A stretch of 64,000 nucleotides of DNA, taken from Dimorphilus gyrociliatus (Eukaryota; Animalia; Annelida). Within the stretch, counting starts at the first letter, position 1, and the number at the start of each line of letters is the position of its first letter. Of the stretch, positions 39,477 through 54,587 are shown one piece after another. The notes under the pieces were generated by a model. The model ran no database searches and was not told the origin of the DNA. It saw only the letters and a list, made by a program, of their open reading frames with translations. The stretch spans positions 1,171,713-1,235,712 of the forward strand of contig CAJFCJ010000004.1 in NCBI GenBank assembly GCA_904063045.1, in the 5' to 3' direction. Made by a program: the position numbers and the translations under genes.

Positions 39477-42400
39477 CTTTACGAAAGTTGAAAACTGACA
39501 AATAGACTAGTCAAATATAGGATCGAAATCAATGAGCAGACCGATTATTACTAGGAACTTAGGAAGAGATTACTGTAATTTAATATACACTCCTTTCTTC
39601 TTTTGAAAATAAAAAAATGATATTATGAATTGAATTTTGATCACTTTTTTGTTTAAAGTTCTGTAACATGTTTTATTTATTGACAGTTCTATTCTTCTTA
39701 TTTATAGTTCCAGAAATATAAATATAAACTTAGAGTGAATGTCAAGGGTAGAATAATTATAATTGCCCTTCATTGTATAAGTCGAATGATTAATCAATCG
39801 ATGACGTAATAAATTCCATTTTATGTGATTGAATAAAAGGGATTATTTACTTTAAACTATATTCTTTCAGCTATATGTGTTTTATTCATATAAATAAAAT
39901 AGGATTTTTAAGTAGTGTTTGCTACTTTCTTAGTTTGCAATAAAGTTAGATTTAGCTATACGATATTGCTGTTGACTCGAGTCACAAGGTTACCTCATAT
40001 AAAGATACTACTCCGATTTAAAGTAACATATATCAATAAATCTTTCATCGGCGATGTTATTATCTTAGTTCAAAAATATTTAACTATGATATATATATGT
40101 AGTCCCGTCTTCTCACATATAAATCACTTTGTTCGATAATGTCTTAGCGTGCCTCACATGCAAATTCATTTATGCAAATTGGATTGCGCAGACCTACTCA
40201 GATAACACTACAAAGTCAGAACTATCACTCAACACTTTAGCCTTTTTCTTTACTTTAGCAAAAGGATACCAAATATCTATTGGAGAAAAAGGAGGGTCGA
40301 ACAAACCAATCAATGTCTAACAATGAAAGCAGATCTTACTGCATAGGTTGTTAGTTTAACGAATTTATTCCCAAAATAACCATTAATTGCCCAATTTAGA
40401 TACTTGATATTTTTATAGTAACGCCTGGTAGATCAATTCTTATATATTTTTCAATATATCAATTTGTTCTTTTTCGGAAAACATTGATTTATCTTCGCAA
40501 CTTAAATAAAATATCAAAAGAATAACGAGACAAAAATGTTTTCCTGTAAGCTACAGTAATCAACATCAAGATTAAGATCAAGACCAAAACCAAGCACATC
40601 AAGGATAATCATTAAAATTACGCGTCATTTATAATCTAATGGAAAAAGAAAAAAAAGAAAGAAATGTTAAATCATTTCATTTCTTTTACCATTATAAATC
40701 GTAATTTTATGACACTTTTCCTTATGAATATTCATCAATCTATCATTTAAAGATAGAATATTTAGAGTGTTTACAGAATATGAATGATTTTTCATCAGTT
40801 AATACTTACTGTTTAATTGTAATAGTCAGAATATAGTTATTTATTTCTTCTATAAATAGTAAAATATATAGTACATGTAGAAAAGTGGAAGACATAGTAG
40901 TCTTTATTATTATTTTTTTTGAAACAAAAGAATCCACTTGCCTCCCACTAATATTCCTTTTACCAGTTCTGTGGGTCTACCTATCTGAAGTAAATTATAA
41001 GAAGACTTATAAATACAGATGCAGTAAAGCTACTTTATATCCAGTAGCCTAAAAAATTTCATATTTTCTTCTTGTATGCTACACAGTTTGTTTCATATGT
41101 TACCTTCACTGTGATACGAAAGAGAAGAAAGAAGGAAGGCGTTGAAGAAGGAGGGTAAGAGAAAAAGGAAAAGAAATTGAGTCTAATACTGTTCGAATAC
41201 TAACAGTTTTACTTTAAAAAACTAATAACAGAGGAAACTATAAGTAGTCATCTTTTTAAATATTTAATGAAAAGATATTGGGATAAAGGTAAAATAAAAG
41301 GAATGATATTATAAAGGCATTATAAAATTTTGTTTTTGAGAGAGTGTAGAACTGGCAGCGACCTTTTGAAAATAAGTAGAGGGGAGTTGATCCGCTAAAG
41401 TAAGACCTATTAAGTACGTACTTGTTGGTTTTTTTTTTTTGGTTTAACATATCAAAAATATACAAGAATGAAGGGAGTACTCTAATCTTTTCCATTTCAT
41501 AGTTCTTACCTTCTTATTTTTTATATAAACAAGCATTATTGTTCTTCTTTTTATTCGCTTTCCTAACAATAATACAAAAATATCGATGTTAAAAGTTTTT
41601 TACTATATTTAGTAACAATTTTTAACTTAAGAAAAAGCTGATGGCATAGAGCAGTTTTCTGAGTAGCCAACTCAATTGCGCAACGTATCAAAGGCATAGC
41701 AGAGTAGAGTGAAAGAAGAAAAGAGACTGCAGACTTGTCAACGACATCAAGCGAGACGTAAATTGAGTTGAGAGTTTGCCTGGCGAGATTCACTGCCTGC
41801 AACTTGGAAGTTTATTGCTCTGATTTTATTCTCTTACACTTATCTATTTTGTATAACATTTTATTCAACATTTTCAATCAGTCTCCAAGGACTTTACAAG
41901 TTATTTTGATTGACTTTTAAGCTGACAGTAACGTTTTTTGTTCCAAATGAGTCTTTTTATACTTTTTTTCTATTTTTTAATTTTGCATTGTATTAATTAA
42001 AAGGTAGAGACAGTTTTGATAAATGCCGCTTCCTCATTTTTTCCCCGTCTATATTTAAAAGTAGAAAGAAAATAGTGTCTAGATTAATTACAGAATAGAC
42101 GAACAGATAAAATGACAGACAGAAGGAAGGAGAAACGTAACAATATTCAATTTTAGATAAAAGGTAGTCCCACTAGTATGTTGAAACATCTGTTTCGCTT
42201 TCGATTGATGAAACATAAACAAAAAACAAAAAAAAGGGAAAATCTGCGAAAATATAATAACTTTGTCCCTAAGAATATTTAATAAGATAATTTATAGTTA
42301 GAGAAAAGAAGTGTGATGATATGTTATATGAGGTGTTTAATAATGTAGTCCTTTATTTATTCTTTCTATTCCCTTTGAATTCGGTTTAAAATATACTAAA

Positions 42401-45400
42401 CAAAGATAGTGTTTTTCATCAACAATTTCCAACGAAACTAAGAATCGAAAGAGAAAAGTATTCAATAAAGAGAATAATTAAAGATACTTAAAAATAAAAC
42501 AGTAAAATCTCTCTTCCTACTATATGAATAACCATAATTAAATACAAATAGAAACAAAGCTTCCCTTTACAATTGAATCTTAATAATAAACATATCTCTG
42601 TCCTTATTTTGTTAATATTTAAAAATAGTAAGAAAGCCAAGTCGTATCCTTTTTGCCGTAGGTTATATCACTTTGTTAGTGCATTTCATGATCAACTAAC
42701 TTTACTATAACATACTGTGTTTACAGAGTCCGCACGAAGACAACATTTATCATGAGTTTTATTTGCATTCTTGGCATGTTTATTTTAAATTTTCCAGCTA
42801 ATATTATTCTTTTTTTTATAAGCTACTAGACATTGAACTATCCTCTATTCCTGGCCTCATACTGATCCCTTTCGCCAGAAACACAGTATAAGCATATAGA
42901 CGAAAAGAGTTTATATTCAATAATTTTTGTTTTTTAAAAAAAAAATATATTTGTAACTTTGATTAATATCAATAGCTTAATTTAATAATTATAATAGTTT
43001 GTTCATATTTAATTAATTGGAAAGATTATAATAGTCAGGTTTTTATATGATTAATGTACATTTCAATCAATTTACTAAAAGGTAGTAGTAAATTTTATTT
43101 ACAATATTAAAAATTTTTAAAAGGAAAGGATAGATTATTATTATAGAAATTATGATTGCAATATTGAGAAAAAGTTGCCTAAATATATTAAGGAGAAGTT
43201 GCCTTAAGGATGATGATACAAACCCTTTTAATGGTCTCAATTAATATTTCCTCAGTAATATTGTTAAATGTGTATCATTACATCATTTTGTTTAGTTCCA
43301 GTTTTATATTGTATTAGGCTTAGAAGTACTTAAATAAAGAGAAAATTTTTCTACTTTTCCCCCGTCTTTCTCACTTCTCTCTCTCTCGAGTTTTCACTCT
43401 CTTTTTTAATTCTTCCATGTGATTTATAACGCTTGATTACAGATGTAATTACTCTTCGAATTAATGAATACAATCACGCAAAGCCATGTTATTAATATCT
43501 GTAATCCGTTCACGTTGCCTTTTTCTACAGAATGTAAAGATTAACGAAAATGATCAATATGAATAGACTAATAAAATAAATTCTATTAATATAGCAATTT
43601 TCAGTTAAAAATAGTCTATTATTTCTTCTTTATTATTGAATTTTTTATGTTCTATACTGAAACTAAAAGAAAAGCTAAGCAAAGATAGTAAAAGATATAA
43701 GAAAGTGATCTTCGTATCAAGATAAAGCCAACGCCACCTAACGGCCGCCAGTTTTTTCCAGTATAGTTTTGAAGGAAAGAGGATTTTAACCGTTGTAGGC
43801 ATGCAACTTGCTGCTCGCTCGTTATTCTGATCTGCTTGACAGGTTAGTGACTTGGGAAAATTTTCCCTCTTTATAGTTTTATTTTCGTAAAAATATTTAA
43901 AAAATATTTATATTTAAGAGATTTATCTTTTACTATAAAAGTAAAATCATACGAAAAGAGCTGTTGCATATTTTTGCAAAACTTGTATTTCTAAGTGTTT
44001 TTGATTTTCTCTTTCATCTTTATTTTTAGTAGTAAATTATTATTTTCGTCTAATTTTACAGAAATCTCTCAATCTTATATAAATTGATAATAAGTAACGA
44101 ATATTATACTTGTACGCAAAGTAAGAAAGAAAGCTTTGTTATTCATTTCAATTTTATAAGTTAATACAAGAAAAAGGTTATATTGTACATTTGATGTACT
44201 TTTATCTTTTTTTTCCAATTATTTCTATCGTTTAGTTATGTTGCGAAGTTTTGTTTTGGTCTTATTGTCAACATATTCTTTACGGATAAAATGAAACGAA
44301 ACTACGCAGAACAAAAATCAATTTGATCCGTTTTTGTTCATCAACAATGTCACGCTTTTGGTCAATTGTTAGAGGAAAAATTAATGAAAATTGTAAGGAT
44401 AGCTTATAGGCAAAATATGCTCCAGTCATTTCTTTTCACCTATATTTTTTTGACTCTTTTCTCCTTTTCATTCTTTCATATTTCCTATGTATCCACCATT
44501 TTCATTTTGGCCTTATTTCCGTACTCTCCTACATATTAAAATAAAAAAGATAGAGTCCATTGAAAATAAACAAAAAACGAAGCATCACAATATTACATAC
44601 TAACGTATGAAATGTAAGTATTTATATATATATATATATATTTCGCTGTGAGCATTACAGCAGCTTGCTTTTCAATTTGCGATAATTGCATCTCGTCCTT
44701 GATTATGAAACCTTAAAAAAATAGACTTTTTTCAGCCGGAAAATTTCTAAGCATAATAGCTGTTCTACCAGTTAACCTTTAAAGTGAGAGATAATTTTGA
44801 TTAATATTAGAAGATACATATATATATATATATTGTATTTGTAAATACTTTCTACTCTATACTATACTTACGCATGTAAGAAAAGGGAATTTATATTGAA
44901 ATATGATAAATATGCTAATTTTAACAGATCAAAAAGGTAATTACTAATAAATATGTTAACAGACGCCAATTGTTCATCATAATAGTTTTATATAGTAAAA
45001 CGAAAAAGAAAAAATTTACAATGTTTGTTTAAGAGTTTTTATATTTTTTTTATTAGGATACATATATATATTTAAGTATACATAAATACATTGTTACTAC
45101 TGTTAACATTGATTACTTTGTTAACAAAGTAGAATAAATCGGATGTAATATATTGATTTATTATTGACGGAATTGACTTTTAGTATTCAGTCTTGACACA
45201 TAGTCACGCCGCAAAGCGTTGAAGGAAATTAGGATTAATAGGATTATGTTGCTACTAAATGTAAAAGTTACTAAAGTGGAAAAAAATGGATATTACAGGG
45301 CGACCTTTAAGTTTGTCAATCTTTCTCTTATCGGAAAGGAGGCCTTTACAGTTTGGTGTCTTGGAAGTGGGGCGCTATATGTTACTCATGTGAAGAAAGT

Positions 45401-47864
45401 AAAAACCTTCTAGTACATAGTAGTAATAGTAATAGTAAGAAAGCAGAACTACAAACCGGAAAGAACATCTAATTATCACTAGTACATTTGTTTAACCAAC
45501 TTTCCATTGACAAACATAAATCTGAGAAGAAAATTGACCACCTAATAAGGGAGAGATGTGAGAATGTGCTAAATCTCATGGATATTGTTAAATATTAAAA
45601 TAATATAACAATTCTATAGTTTTAATTTAAATCTTACTAGAAATAAATAAAAATGAGTATATGTAAAAGACAAATCATCCTTAAACGGTTTATCTTAGGC
45701 CGTTTTTAAATAGAATTAAGGTACGTATAAATAAATTAGGCTAAAGCTGAGTAATGGGTATGCTAAATAGGACAATGAAACTTTCAGATGTAAGGGATAA
45801 AGCGTAAATGATACAATATAGTTTTGATGTTTTCGTTATTTTTGTAGTATAGGGTCATAAATAAAGTATATATATATATATATTCAGTACTTTTTGCAAA
45901 ATATTTACTTTCATCTTGGTTAAAATAATAAATAAGATTTATAAAAAGTAAGAAATTCAAGGAAGACTGATTTTATATAATTGAATGAAATATTTTCCTT
46001 CTACAAACAGTTTTAAGAGAGCATCTAAGAGCAATATATATCTTCTTAGGTACAATCTATTTATCCCTTCATCCCGTAATTTATGTAAATTAGGTCTCGT
46101 ACAGAAATTCAGTCAATCGATCATTAAGCGACATAGACAATTCAAGGTTGTCGTGTTTGATTAATAGTAACGGCTTTTATGTGATTTTGATTAGCCGAGA
46201 ATGTTTCTTTTTCTATTTGAGCCAGAAGATCGATTACTTAAATTGACGGTAGCAGATATAGTAATACCTATAATAGGTTTGGAAACGCATAATTTCACTA
46301 CAATTAAGTGGGTGGTTCTTTTTTGTGGATTTGTACAAAAGAGGCTTTCCTATGGCATTTTTCTAACTAAACTCTTTCAAAATACTTCTATCTATAACAT
46401 ATCTATATTCTAAGGGAATCTACAATTTTTGCTCATTTATAATACTTCTTACATCAATTGTCTATCTGCTTCTTTCCTGAAATAATATATAAAGTATATA
46501 CACAGTATACTCTTCTGAAAATATTTTCCTTTTCATGAGCTTCTCTTTTATTGAGGCTAAATTAATAACCAATTATAAAAAGACTTCATTGTACTATCTA
46601 AAAGGGAATTTGAATGTAACAAAAGCCTTTAAACAATTGACTATAAATTACATCTAATTAGTTCTAATTGTAGATTGATTTGAAAGGGAGAAAGCTAAAA
46701 AAAGGAATTAAGCAAAATATTTTTCAACATATGAATTTACAAAAAATATAAGAATACTATAGTCAGAAATAAAAGAAAGTAAATGCGAATTTGAGTGGAG
46801 AAAAGACCATCTCAGACCTTTGACCATTTCAACGGTGTGCTCATTGCGTGAAAGAACATGGTAGATTAGGCTATTAAATGGAGAAGATGAGTCATTAAAG
46901 AAAACTACTATGGTATTGCTATTAAACTCACGTATCATTATTATGTAAATAATGTTAATTAAAAGAAGTTAGCTATCCTTTGTGTAGTTAGTGAAAAAGT
47001 GGAGGGAATGGAAGAAAAAAACTAAGTAATAGGATTGTGGAGTCGAAGGATCAAAAAAACCAACATTATTCGAACTGACATTCTTTTCCTCTCTAAAAAC
47101 CTGCTAAGAGAAAGTGCAAAGAGCCAAGTTACTGCTTAACATTGTACTTTAAGATACTCTATATTGACTACGTTGTATTTACTTTCTTTTGGACAAAATT
47201 AAATTATATCGTTCTTTCGCTTACTCTTTCTGCGAATAATTTATTTGCACAGATGTATAAATCTCATAAATGTATTTGTAATAAATTTTCCAGGTGAATA
47301 ACATCTTTCTCTTACTTGCCTCTCTTCGTTTCTTCACTTGTCTATCTCTATCCTCTTCCTTTCCTCTTCTCTACTCCCCTCTTCTTGTCCCTTCATCGTC
47401 TCTATCTCTTCATTTTCTTATTTATTTTAAATTGGTCAAATATAGTAGATATGTAATTCTTTTTTATTTATTTACGAGTTGTAAACAAATTTTGTTTATA
47501 ATCATCATTTTTTTATCACTATAGAGGGATTTAGTATGTTGGATTACTATAAAAGCCTATCTATTGTTATAAAGGAAGATATACAAAGATTTTAGTAATA
47601 GCAAAATATAAAAGAAAATGATCCAAACCCAACTTCAAAAGAGTATTTCTCTCTTTTGCTATTTTAAATGTCACGTATTCCCAAGCTTTTGATTATCAAA
47701 GTCTAGTATTAAGGAATATTTAAAATTTTGTAGCATTTATATGCAAACTGTGCAAACAAGATTAGCCCATCCGACAAAAACATGATCGTGTGAATTGACT
47801 GTTATTTAGATGGAAAGCGTCTATCATTTATCATCCTTTATCCTTTCACAAAATTCAGTATATT

Positions 47865-47866
47865 TA

Positions 47867-47910
<44 letters not shown>
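47865..47910. repeat. (TA)n microsatellite
   Basis: Directly visible. Confidence 0.9.
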
Positions 47911-47912
<2 letters not shown>

Positions 47913-50639
47913 TAATATAACACTCTTTATGAGGTATATCTAGGTAAGCATATTTTGCCCGACATATGTCTCAGAATCAAAGTTCGTTCAACTTTCCATA
48001 TAATAAGTATATGTGAAAATATGTTATAAGGAAGATTTGCGTATGGTATTTCAGCTCAGATAGGTCATTACGTACAAAAAAATAACTTACTAAAATAGTA
48101 TTTCTTTCCAAAAATTCAATTTGTTTGCCCTACTTTTTTCGCCTTGTTTAAGCGTCTAGCTTGCTAATTGAGATTTTTCAGATGACTAGAGGCACTCTCT
48201 GTTGACTCAGGCTACATTAAGAGAGTGCAGTGAAAATTGCGCTACTGTATAGTTTAAAAACGTCCCTTTTTCCGGCTGTATTTATTAGCTATAGCAAAGT
48301 GTCCGGGAAATTTATCGGTTGTTGCTGTAGGGCTTGTCGAAAATTGCGTGTTGATGGTTTTATGACGTTGATTTCTGGTTTCATTGTTGTGTCAAATTTA
48401 CAAGTTTTCTACAGAATTCAATTTTCTTGTTATTTAACTATTTCTTTTGAGTATTGAACAACTTTAAAAAACCAACTCTTAATTAAGATTACGAGGATAT
48501 CGCCAGCAATGAATAATAGTAAATATATTTGATTGTTTCCTATTGATTTCCCGAAAGAAGGACTCAATACAACTAATCGACGAGTTACTTTTATACTTTA
48601 GCTAAAAAAAAACAGATGGAATAAAATATAGCTTGGTGTAAACATAAGGAAAAAAGAACGTTTATAGAAACCTATTTCCTTATCCAATACTTTACAAGAA
48701 GTCAGTCAAATACCCTTTTAAGAAATCTTTCGAAAAAAGTCAAGCACATCAAAAGTCTTAGCAATCTATTATGTAGTCTAAAATTTCATGTTAAATATTT
48801 ATTGTAGTTAGTCTCTTCTCTAGTTATTTTAATATAAATAAATAAAATTAAATACTGATTACCTATCTATCTTAAAATAAGAGATACTTTGAGATTATCA
48901 TAATGTATAAGTATTTGTTTACAGACTAAACGTATTAAAAGATTATCTACATTATTCTATTAGTTCGTTCCTAGTCTCCTTTTAATAATAAATATATCAA
49001 AATAGAGATAGTTCCGAGTACAAGTAGATGCAAAAATTCCAATATGTATTGAGTATATAGAATAGTAAATACATACATATAAAGTAAATGTATATTAGAT
49101 TTGCAGAGTAAATAGCCTAGTATGCATATATATAGTATATATACTGTACATGTAAATATATTACATTCATATATTATTGGAACTACAAGAACATGTAAAT
49201 ACATATGTATAAAAATAGATTCATTACCATATATATATATACATATGAAATAGATTCAGAAGATGTAACAATATCACATATGCATATAATACTTTCAACA
49301 TGTTGTCCTACAGAACATTTCTAATTAATTAACATAGCTTTCCAAAGCGGGTATTTTGGTTTTAGTATATGAAAAATTTCTTAAAATATTTAAAATGCCG
49401 TCAAATAGTAAATTAATTTTTGAAAATATACTGCAAAACTGCAAATACTTTCAAAAATTGAATTTCATTAGAAAAATGAATCTTATAGCTAAATAAAAGT
49501 TGGTTTATTTCGAAAATTATACCTTTTCTTATGTTTTATTATATTCATAAAGAAAATACATTGGTAAGAAAAGTAAAATAAGAATTACAGACGAAAATTA
49601 AAGCAGTTTTTGTCAATAATTTACTTATCGTTTCCTTCTTTTCTTTTATGACTTTGAGAGAAGCCTTCTTGAAATATGCCATAAATTATTAAATAGTTAG
49701 ACATCTCTTAGTCTAATGGAATGTCAAAACAACTTGGGTAGCACCTAGACCCTGTTATTGATGATCAAACAAAAAAGAAAAAGAGAACCCAAGGCATTAT
49801 ATATTATCAATTGTTTCAAACCTTTGATACCTTTGTTGTACTTTTACAACTAATTGTATCAATATTTTACTTTTTAATTGCTTCTTGTCGTTATTTTCTA
49901 TTGCAAGCAATTTGAAAAATATTTTAATGCATAAGCCAAAGAATGAAAATATCCGGCGATATATAAAAAGTCTTTAAACAAACAACTCCATAAATTAGAG
50001 TATTGTAAATACCTCTCCTATCGATTACCTTATTATGTAATTCTGTTGGAGAAATATTTTCTTTCTTAAGTTTTAGCCATTTTATATACTCTTTTCCACC
50101 TGTTTGTCACCACTTACAACGAGATGTAAGAGTTCTATACCATTAAATCGTAAATTTCTTAGTAGAAAATTGATTGATAGTCTATTATCGTGCCAATTCG
50201 CCTTGCACGGAGTATTTACGGATGAGTTTTATAAAGAAAAACAAACGGTTTTATCCTAAAAATAATCTACCAAAATATATTTTTTAGTGTATATTCTTCT
50301 TCAATTGTCAAGTCTTAACATTTTCCTATAAAATATTTCCTTTTGTATTCCCCACTGTACAAAGTAAGAGGAAATCACTTCTTTTACAATTATCATTCTA
50401 AACTTTACTGTCATTCTCTTTATTATTTGCAGTTGCTTCCTTTTCTCGCTTTAAAATCTTTTACTTTTATTACTCTGGATTTTTTTTAAAAAAACAACAA
50501 AATCTTTTTGATCTATTAATAAAATATTAATTAAATCCTGTTTTTAAAGATAGATTTCACAAACAATGCATATGTACATGTATATTTCAAGGAAATATGT
50601 TTAAAGAAAAATATACTTTCATACTGAGAATAGGCAGCC

Positions 50640-50660
50640 GGGAGAGAGCCAGTAAGAGAG

Positions 50661-50696
<36 letters not shown>

Positions 50697-50795
50697 AGAG
50701 CAGGACAGTGAGAAAAAGACAAAGAGAAAGACAGAAAGAGAAAGAGAGAGAGACAGAGAGACAGAGTTGAAAAGCCTGACAGAAAGAGAGATAAA
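50640..50795 (+). repeat. (GA)n / GACA-rich purine microsatellite tract
   Basis: Perfect (AG)n core ~50664-50691 with degenerate flanks. Confidence 0.9.
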
Positions 50796-53582
50796 GAGGA
50801 AAAACAATGAAATATAACATATAAATATTATATATACAGCAAATAACTTCTGTATGTAAGTATATTTTTCTGTAATATATGTTAAGCGAATCGGCTAAGA
50901 AAATGTCACGACATTCACATTTCACAAGGATTGATGGACTGTTACTATCACCGTAAATATCCAATTTCCTGCCTACACTTAATATTCCTATCATTTCCAT
51001 CTCACCTGCCGTTACTAAGTTTTTATATCCTCCCTCTTCTATATCTCTATTTATTTCTATTTATATCTAATTCTGCCTCTTCCACCTTCTGGCCGATAAG
51101 AAGTTAAGACATCTTTCGTTTGTATCAATCTTTTTTTATTGAAAGTTTCAAGTTATTTATCAAAAAGAGCATCTTGTACAAATTTAACGAACGAGAAGAC
51201 TTGTACAAATCAGAGTGTATTTTGCTAACGTTTAGTCTTAAACGTACATACGTTTATATATATTATATATATAGCTGTGTGTATGATCTATGTAGACTGT
51301 GTGCCAAGTTTTACTCACTCTTGAGAACAATATATAAATATATATGTACAATTTGAAAACTTTCTTTATTTTGCTGTAGTCTTTATTTCGTTCTGGCAAG
51401 GCTGAATCAAAGTAGAAGGCAAAATGTCACGGGCAACTGATGACTTTTTGCGGTCGTTAATGGAAGTAAAAACTAAGAGTAGGTACTACTGAGTGGTTTT
51501 TGTCTAGAATTTTATTGCTAGTCTTCTTCAATTGGTTTGGCCTTACTTATTTTCATGAAAAATCACGTTTTCAATTTAAATGGTGATGAGTTTGTTATAG
51601 GCTGTCATCTTCTTTTTTTCTGTTTTTAAGGGATGGTTGTAATCAACTGTAATTTGTTAATATAGTACGAAAGAAGTAAGTAGATGACAATGAAAAAGTG
51701 AGATATTTATAGTAAGTAACCTAAAATTTTGCATTGTAAATTTGCTAAAAAAGGACTAAAATTTCACGCTATTTTCTTCCCACTTAACTATCTTTAGTGG
51801 AAATGTAGCCAAAAAGATTTAACAGTATCATCATATGCTGAGCTAATTTCATACCTCAGTTATCTACTAAACTAGTTTCTGAGAAAAAAATTATAACAAA
51901 TTAGAGAAGGGGAAAGGATTCTTGAAGTATAAATAAAAAAATTATAAGAAAACTGTAGATTGACAAGTTAAAAAGTAAAATTAATGAGAAAGAAGTCACC
52001 CAAACTCGTCAACAGAGAAAAGGAGCAATCATGTAGAAAAAAATTCTATAATGATGAAGAATAATTTTGACGCCTATTTCTGACCTAAAAATAATCAGAA
52101 ATGTCAAGCAAATTATTTATATAATTAGTAAGGAAAATTTTGGAAAATTTAAAGAAAGTATAGAATTTTTGTTATCTTTTAAATAACAACTTGATTAATA
52201 AACATTAAACAACTATATATAGTGTTTTATACTTTTTAAAAGACAGCAGCCATCTAAAATTAGATAAATGTAATTATTTTAATAATAATCAAATGCCTCT
52301 TAAGTAATCACAAAATTAATTATGTCCAGAAATCATATAGCAAAATCATACCACGATTTACCTGTTGAATGTAGCTATTTTCTTTTTAAAAAAATGTATA
52401 TGGCGTAACCATGGAAATGTTATGTTGATAAGAAAAAGGAAGCGAATGTCCAATTCTGAGAAATTTTGGACAATTTAATAGTTTTCTTTTTTTAAAATTG
52501 TTGTATTTCTTACTAATATCATTGGAAAAAACTGGTAAATACTTAAAGTTTTCCCAGAAATAAGGACTCTTTTAAATTTTCTTTATAATGTTCTATTATA
52601 TTTTCTACATATAGAATATACATGTATAGTTGTTTGTATGATTAAGGTTTTGTAATAAAATAGACGCTTTTTATATTTTATATATAATACAACCAGAGTG
52701 TATGATACGAAGATAAAAAATTCACCAAAGAGATAAATTAAATAAAATATTTTGGTCCATTCTTTGTAGAGAAAGAAAATTATCATATTTTTAAATTACT
52801 ATATAGAAATTGCTTTATTTCTTCCGAAATGCAGACTACTTTCATTACTCAATGTTATATAAAAAAAATTATATTTGTGTGATATTCTCTTAAATCAGGT
52901 CAACGTCTTCATTTACATCTTATATCAAGTTTATTTAACAAGAATTGAAGTATTTTTAAAATAAAGAATGTCTTTAACGAGTGAAATATGAAGGTTGAGA
53001 AGACCTTTAGCAAATAATTCAAGGATTAAGTCTTAATGTTGACATCTGTAATCAAAGTTTATTAAGAATTTCTTTTTCTATACAAGATCTTCTGTTTCAG
53101 AGAGATTTCTCTGGTTCTTTTTGCATTAAAACAAATATTTCTATTATTCCAATTGGGAGGTTAAATGGAACCAATCAAGATTCATTAGAGAGGCGTAAAA
53201 TTACTCTCTTAAATAGGTAAATGCCTAAAAAATGAGAAATTCTATTATCATTTTAGCCTGATAATCATTTATTAATAGCTTTCCCTGTAAGTTGCATCAA
53301 AGTTTCTTTCTAAGGGAGATAATCTTGGTTTCAGTACAAAGGATTGAATAATGTCATATATTTAATTGTGTAAAATGGACCATTTTGCTTGTCAAATATT
53401 TTTCATAGAAAATATGTCAAAATTGACGCATATTTTCTTTGTCCTTAATAACTGCTAACATTACTATAATAGCTGATTGCACATTGTGGTTTTCAATACG
53501 AAACTGAAAAGGAAGAATTTCCTCTATAGCTAGACTTGGGGCAAAAAAACTTATCAAATAAGAAAATTTAGATATAGATTGG

Positions 53583-53608
53583 GAGAGAGAGAGAGAGAGA
53601 GAGAGAGA
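53583..53608 (+). repeat. (GA)n microsatellite
   Basis: Directly visible. Confidence 0.9.
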
Positions 53609-54587
53609 AAGGGAGGGGTTCCAATGGGATAGAGACTGATTTAATAGGAGAAAAAAACTTAGGAGTTAAAGCTGCTTAGTAAAGGAAGGAGGGGTAGTGT
53701 AAACAGGATATAAAGATAGTAAAGAGAAGGGGTAGAGGAAGAAGAAGATGAGGAGAGTAGAGAGAAATAATTACAAGTTTACTTGTTTCTTAAATCCATG
53801 CTCACTAACAACTTTTTGAGTGATTAAGCCTTCGCCAACTTTGTCACAAAACGTCTTGAGTCTTCGTTAAGCCTACTTTTCTGACAATGCAAACAGGCGA
53901 ACAAGTGTATATTTTCCAAATTGACCCGATATATGATCCAATAGTCACTCACTCACCCTGGGGCAAAAATATAAATATACTATTATACTGATTGCAGATT
54001 CTATTCGTACGCTTTAGAAATATTTTTGTAGGAAAAGGTTTGAAAAATGTTTTTTAGACTTTGTACCACATTTTTTACTGTTTAAAAAATTCCCAAAATA
54101 TGAAAACTAATTAGTTAAAGTTTAAAGTGAAAAGCTAATTAGATGAAAGAAAAATATTATGTTGCATAATATGAAGAGAGAAGAAGAACTTGTAAAGAAG
54201 CCTTTGTCTAAAAGCGTTTAAAGGAAATATAATAAAAAGTATAATTTACCCTTGTCTCAATATAGTATCTAATTAATTTAATATAGGAAGAATATATTCT
54301 TATAATATTTATTGCTAGCATTAGGTGTAGGTTAAATCTATTTATTATATTATCAAGTCGTTAAATTTAATAGAAACGCGATAATTGACTATATTTTTGT
54401 CACTCAGACTTAATATTAACATAAATTTACAATATATACAATTTTTATAGTGCATTATTCTATTATTTTTCTATATATCATACCATTTTCCAATTTAAGA
54501 AAGATTTCGTACGCCTTGTTACTTTATTATTGTTCTATAATTAATATTTATTATTCATAAATTTATTTCTTTACAGTTTTAAAGAAA

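Noticed and set aside
42726-42830. TM1-like peptide MSFICILGMFILNFPANIILFF
   Set aside because: Terminates after a few codons; T-rich random ORFs are hydrophobic by default.
50531-51000. Three overlapping minus-strand ORFs
   Set aside because: Microsatellite-derived low-complexity translations.
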